Below are positions 60,474-64,000 of a stretch of DNA of 64,000 nt, piece after piece. Within the stretch, counting starts at the first letter, position 1. Every line of letters starts with the position of its first letter. The notes below the pieces were generated by a model. The model was not told the DNA's origin. It did not search any database and saw nothing but the letters and a program-made list of their open reading frames with translations. Origin of the DNA: a virus; the IMG/VR virus record IMGVR_UViG_3300044568_004364; one strand, written 5' to 3'. A program made the translations under genes and the position numbers.

Positions 60474-60559
60474 TCCAATGTCCAATCGTAATCGGTTAAA
60501 TCAAATATCCAATCGTAATCGGTTAAATCAAATATCTCATCTTGTACCTTTTCTTCCAT
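60470..60559 (-). CDS. 29-aa acidic peptide MEEKVQDEIFDLTDYDWIFDLTDYDWTLE
   Basis: Directly after a sigma70 promoter; ATGA-coupled to the lipoprotein gene. Confidence 0.5.
   Translation of the reverse strand: MEEKVQDEIFDLTDYDWIFDLTDYDWTLE
60481..60536. repeat. 27-bp tandem duplication
   Basis: TCCAATCGTAATCGGTTAAATCAAATA x2, in frame within the small ORF. Confidence 0.9.
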
Positions 60560-60565
60560 AGATTT

Positions 60566-60594
60566 ATTATATCAAAACTATGAATACTTGTAAA
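60566..60594 (-). promoter_or_regulatory. Sigma70-type early promoter
   Basis: TTTACA-17bp-TATAAT, ATG 6 nt downstream. Confidence 0.8.
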
Positions 60595-60775
60595 GGATAA
60601 AATGATATATATGATAATTTTTTCTATCCTTTATCATCCTTGATGACCGGCAAGCCTGCTTTCAGCACATACTTTGATGCCTTCTTGGAATAGAAGATAC
60701 CTTATTGGTTATTCTATAAACTATAGATTTATCTATACAAAAACTCCGTGAAAATTCACAGTGATGTGAAAATAA

Positions 60776-61528
60776 TTAATTTTTTTTCACTATATCAGAT
60801 TGCAGTTCGGCTGCACTTGCGACGGTGGTTGCATTGCTCTTATCATAGCGTGCACTCTCAATCCATACATTTGCAAAGAAGGTCATACCGTTTTTAACTT
60901 TAAGTGCCTTTGCTGCTTCTGCTGCAGTATATCCTTTATGTTGAGTTGCATATTCTACAACAGAGACTTCATCTGTTTGTGGCGGAGTCTGAGCTTTAGA
61001 GTTGCTCGAACCTTGAGCTAATGCGATAAAATGTTCTTTAGTGACCTTGCGCCCAGGGCATGTTTTTGATGTCTTAGGATCATCACGATGAAACTTTAGA
61101 GTATCTTCATTTAATGGTATATCCAACCATTCAAAAAGAGCTTTAGTTGCCGCTGCAGCAGTGCGTAGTGCGGCTGCGCCACGTCCATTTAGTGGATCTT
61201 CACAATCATAATCGCCAAGGATTTCAATGCCGATTGAAGTGCGGTTAAATGAAACAGCATGTATGCCTGTCATACACAGCGGAGTCATACCAAAGATTTG
61301 ATCATCATCAATGAAAAGATGTGGACCTTTACTCCAACCTAGAGATTGGTAAAAACCTTTGATGTTATGAATATGCTGTACTGTAAATCCGTTTGGACGC
61401 TGTGCTAATGACGGCGCTCCAGTGTGATGGATTGTTACACTCTTAGCAAAGGTTGGCTGTTTTAAGCCGCTAAGATATTCCTTAAATGAATCTACACTCC
61501 AAACTTTACCTACATTCTCGTATGACAT
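60776..61528 (-). CDS. N-acetylmuramoyl-L-alanine amidase (Amidase_2) endolysin
   Basis: IHHT, GPHLFI, GIHA..FN..SIGIE, FHRD, KTCPG; late promoter 61548-61555. Confidence 0.88.
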   Translation of the reverse strand: MSYENVGKVWSVDSFKEYLSGLKQPTFAKSVTIHHTGAPSLAQRPNGFTVQHIHNIKGFYQSLGWSKGPHLFIDDDQIFGMTPLCMTGIHAVSFNRTSIGIEILGDYDCEDPLNGRGAAALRTAAAATKALFEWLDIPLNEDTLKFHRDDPKTSKTCPGRKVTKEHFIALAQGSSNSKAQTPPQTDEVSVVEYATQHKGYTAAEAAKALKVKNGMTFFANVWIESARYDKSNATTVASAAELQSDIVKKN

Positions 61529-61550
61529 AACAGTATTTTTCTACTGTTAT
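61527..61550 (-). promoter_or_regulatory. Hairpin occluding the endolysin start codon and overlapping the late promoter
   Basis: ATAACAGTA-6nt-TACTGTTAT perfect 9-bp stem including the AT of ATG. Confidence 0.65.
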
Positions 61551-61572
61551 TTATACGAGAAACTCTCTGCGG

Positions 61573-61773
61573 TTAAGCAGAGAGTGGATTGAATGTTGAA
61601 GACTTTAGAGCACGCTGATATTCTTCAGCTACTGCATCTTCATATTGATTTTTACTTTCGTCATATTTCGCAGATTCTACGGACTTACAAAGGCTGCGAT
61701 CTGCTGCATGACGTTGTGCAAGAGTAATAATAAGGGCTTTACGATCGGCAAGTTGTTTTTCTAATGTGGTCAT
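61573..61773 (-). CDS. Small hypothetical early protein
   Basis: Probable start MTTLEKQ downstream of promoter 61798-61826. Confidence 0.6.
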   Translation of the reverse strand: MTTLEKQLADRKALIITLAQRHAADRSLCKSVESAKYDESKNQYEDAVAEEYQRALKSSTFNPLSA

Positions 61774-61797
61774 ATATTTTGTTTTGGTTACAAGATT

Positions 61798-61826
61798 ATT
61801 ATACACTATTTGTAGCCAAATGTAAA
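61798..61826 (-). promoter_or_regulatory. Sigma70-type early promoter
   Basis: TTTACA-17bp-TATAAT. Confidence 0.8.
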
Positions 61827-61923
61827 TAAAAAAATGATGAAACTGTGAAAAAAATGAAAAACCTATAGATACGTATAGGTTTTATTTTTCTCCAAAAATC
61901 ATATTTTTTACGAAAAACCGCAT

Positions 61924-62844
61924 TTATGAGCGGAAAAATGACTCTAGGATATGAGCAATAGCGTCATCTTTGGCTTTGAGTTCCACTTCCCAAGTAACAT
62001 CGGAGTGCTGCGCGACCACATGTGGCAGATGAGTTGCATAGTCTGCATGACTACGAGTACTGCCAATACCTTCACTCCAATGGAAGACGGGTGTATGTCC
62101 ACGCCATGTCTTTCTAAAGCGTGCAGCATTTTCCACAGGATCGGATGATGAATTACAAACATCATGCAGGTTATCATATACGAGTGGTATCTTATCTCCA
62201 AAGTTTTCGTATAGTGCATCACAATTCCAATATGCCTTATCCTCGTTTTCTAGGACCAGCCGATTGCGTACACCTTCGTTGCATTGACCTAGGTTGGCGC
62301 AAAAGCGCGAGACATATTCATCTAGCGTTTCGCGACGTTCTTCAGGAGTCTTGTTTAAATGCAAACACATTGGAGAACTGTAGTCGTGTGCAGCACCCAT
62401 CATGTCGAGTACTGCGCTCTGATGATTTAGTTCTAGTATGGTACGGCGTACAACATCAGGATTATAGCTTACAAGTACATTAAATTGGTCAGGATGAGAA
62501 CTTAAGGTAATATCATTCGCACGTGCATAGTCGCCGGCGGCACTTAGGTTTGCGGAGATAGTGTCAAAGTTATGCAGGTCCGTGTATGATAATTCCAGTG
62601 TAGAGTCAGTGACCAACGGGAATAGAGAACTGCTAACACGATAGTGCCGTGCTCCTGCCGCATGTGCTGCACGCAATGTTTGTAGGACATGCCGTGAATT
62701 GTGTAGGATGCGCTCCGATAGTACTTCAATACTCTTTTCTCTAGAGTTGCTTAAAAAGCTTTTGCGAGTCATTGTTTTGGCAGCAACTTTTTGTTTTGCC
62801 AACCGTGCGCTAATACAAACCAATCCTAGTCGAGGTATCTTCAT
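61924..62844 (-). CDS. uvsE: UV DNA damage endonuclease
   Basis: RLGLVCI, YRVSSSLFP, HPDQFNVL, LVLENED, DNLH, HWSE, HADY, ELKAKD. Confidence 0.93.
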   Translation of the reverse strand: MKIPRLGLVCISARLAKQKVAAKTMTRKSFLSNSREKSIEVLSERILHNSRHVLQTLRAAHAAGARHYRVSSSLFPLVTDSTLELSYTDLHNFDTISANLSAAGDYARANDITLSSHPDQFNVLVSYNPDVVRRTILELNHQSAVLDMMGAAHDYSSPMCLHLNKTPEERRETLDEYVSRFCANLGQCNEGVRNRLVLENEDKAYWNCDALYENFGDKIPLVYDNLHDVCNSSSDPVENAARFRKTWRGHTPVFHWSEGIGSTRSHADYATHLPHVVAQHSDVTWEVELKAKDDAIAHILESFFRS

Positions 62845-62849
62845 AATTA

Positions 62850-62878
62850 ATTATATACTATAAATGTCACTTTGTAAA
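62850..62878 (-). promoter_or_regulatory. Sigma70-type early promoter (uvsE)
   Basis: TTTACA-17bp-TATAAT, ATG only 5 nt downstream. Confidence 0.8.
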
Positions 62879-62879
62879 T

Positions 62880-62912
62880 AAAAAAAGCCAGAGAAAAACT
62901 CCTCTGGCTTTT
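62880..62912. terminator. Bidirectional intrinsic terminator
   Basis: AAAAGCCAGAG/CTCTGGCTTTT stem with A/T tails. Confidence 0.75.
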
Positions 62913-62933
62913 GAGCTGTTTTAGTCCCGATCT

Positions 62934-63152
62934 TTATCGACCTTCAATAAATGCATAGAGCGCATTTGCTCTAACAATAATTTCTTGCGGATCTGGCAAT
63001 GTAAGATCAATTTTTGAAATATCTCGATTGCCGTTTTCGTCACATGGAATTGACTCTCGGTGTGATTGCAGTGACTCATGATAGCGAGTCATAATATCAC
63101 CGTGTGCGAGTCCTAGTAATTCCAGTCGTATTTCGTATGCGTTTTTGTTCAT
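62934..63152 (-). CDS. Conserved small hypothetical protein
   Basis: Probable start MNKNAYEIRLELL; P.PQEII.RANALYAFI; late-like TATAAATT at 63205-63212. Confidence 0.7.
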   Translation of the reverse strand: MNKNAYEIRLELLGLAHGDIMTRYHESLQSHRESIPCDENGNRDISKIDLTLPDPQEIIVRANALYAFIEGR

Positions 63153-63220
63153 GTTTTTTCTGTGTCTGTGTTGTTTTTGTTCCGATGGACAACTGCGTCC
63201 ATCAAATTTATATATACACA

Positions 63221-63255
63221 AAAAGTCTGCAAAGTATAAACATCTGCAGACTTTT
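63221..63255. terminator. Probable intrinsic terminator
   Basis: AAAAGTCTGCA/TGCAGACTTTT inverted repeat downstream of ORF 63277. Confidence 0.55.
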
Positions 63256-63276
63256 GCATTTTATAGAATGTAATAT

Positions 63277-63699
63277 TTACTTTTGTGCGCCGTACCATGC
63301 GCCCAATGCCATGCGGATGCGTTCTTTTTTGCTCTTGCCGTCAAACATTGGATTTTTGCTGTCAATGAAGTCTCTGATCCAAACTCCAGCATCGTCTGAT
63401 GGGTCCAGTGCTTCTGTTACACTGCCACCGCCGTCTTCTTTAGAGTCATGTGAGCTCATGAATTGTGCAACGTCAACAAGCATGTCTGCCGCAACAGCTA
63501 CTTCCGATTGCGCCCATTCAGGAAACTCTTTTCCACTTTGACTAAGCTCAAGACAAGCTTGTGCATTGCGTACTATAGTCTTAAGCTGATTTTCAATCAT
63601 CTTGGAGTCATAATAGTTTTCTTCTTGTAGTGACCCGTTTAGGATTGCAGTCGCAGCGCTTAGCAATCCGTCATTTAAGTTTTGTCCAAATGATTTCAT
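63277..63699 (-). CDS. Hypothetical protein, possible internal head protein
   Basis: Probable start MKSFG; modules FPEWAQSEVAVAAD and WIRDFIDSKNPMFDGKSKKERIRMA. Confidence 0.6.
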   Translation of the reverse strand: MKSFGQNLNDGLLSAATAILNGSLQEENYYDSKMIENQLKTIVRNAQACLELSQSGKEFPEWAQSEVAVAADMLVDVAQFMSSHDSKEDGGGSVTEALDPSDDAGVWIRDFIDSKNPMFDGKSKKERIRMALGAWYGAQK

Positions 63700-63706
63700 A
63701 TTTTTA

Positions 63707-64000
63707 TTATTCTTCGATTGCGATTTCCATTTCAATGCCTTCCCAAAGGCTAATAACTTTACCAAGATATTTTTCCATCTCTGCAAAATCTTTTTTATAG
63801 CCTTCACCAAATTCTGCAATAATGGATTTTGCAAGATTTGAATTTGGAGAGAAATAACGCTCGCATTTCATTAAAGAAGCAACTGCTTCTTTATATCCTG
63901 CGCTAATTGCATACTTTTCTTTTATTTCATGTCCAGGACAGAAGCTTTCTTTATATTCCAAGTAATGATCAAAGCTCGTCGGAGTATACTTTACTCCTAC
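63707..64000 (-). CDS. Hypothetical protein, 5' end outside window
   Basis: Frame remains open to the window edge. Confidence 0.55.
   Translation of the reverse strand, partial: VGVKYTPTSFDHYLEYKESFCPGHEIKEKYAISAGYKEAVASLMKCERYFSPNSNLAKSIIAEFGEGYKKDFAEMEKYLGKVISLWEGIEMEIAIEE

Noticed and set aside
60481-60536. Mini-CRISPR or iteron array
   Set aside because: Two abutting copies with no spacer; an in-frame coding duplication.
1-64000. Stop-codon reassignment, tRNA or rRNA genes
   Set aside because: Conserved genes are full length in the standard code, with TAA, TAG and TGA used as stops; no cloverleaf or rRNA-like sequence was seen by eye.

Overview
This window is a 64-kb segment of a large T4-like myophage genome (T4 superfamily, with the gene order of marine/freshwater T4-likes) and uses the standard genetic code. 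The minus strand carries most of the virion morphogenesis module: gp3, 23, 22, 21, 67, 20, 19, 18, 17, 16, 15, 14 and 13, then a holin-like gene and a glf plus two glycosyltransferase-like genes. These are followed by a ~22-kb block of fibre/virion genes and the baseplate genes gp8, 7, 6, 25, a split gp5, a hub gene, 53 and 48. A plus-strand unit encodes gp4, gp2, a gp54-like protein, gp26/gp51 and a tape measure protein. A final minus-strand block encodes thioredoxin, gp32, gp59, gp33, an exonuclease, an amidase endolysin and UvsE. The most striking locus is the terminase large subunit (gp17), which carries two inteins. Each was invaded just after block A by a homing endonuclease gene with its own TATAAATA late promoter. 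In intein 1 the HNH gene is overprinted in a different frame while the intein frame stays stop-free for ~287 codons. Intein 2 is atypically split: a 35-aa N-intein fused to a GIY-YIG nuclease and a 102-aa C-intein starting the next gene. Other signals are a probable -1 frameshift joining gp26 to gp51 upstream of the tape measure gene, widespread leaderless-type promoter/ATG spacing, start-codon-occluding hairpins on both lysis genes, and direct repeats that make the fibre locus recombinable. All product calls come from motif and synteny recognition by eye, and no database searches were run.
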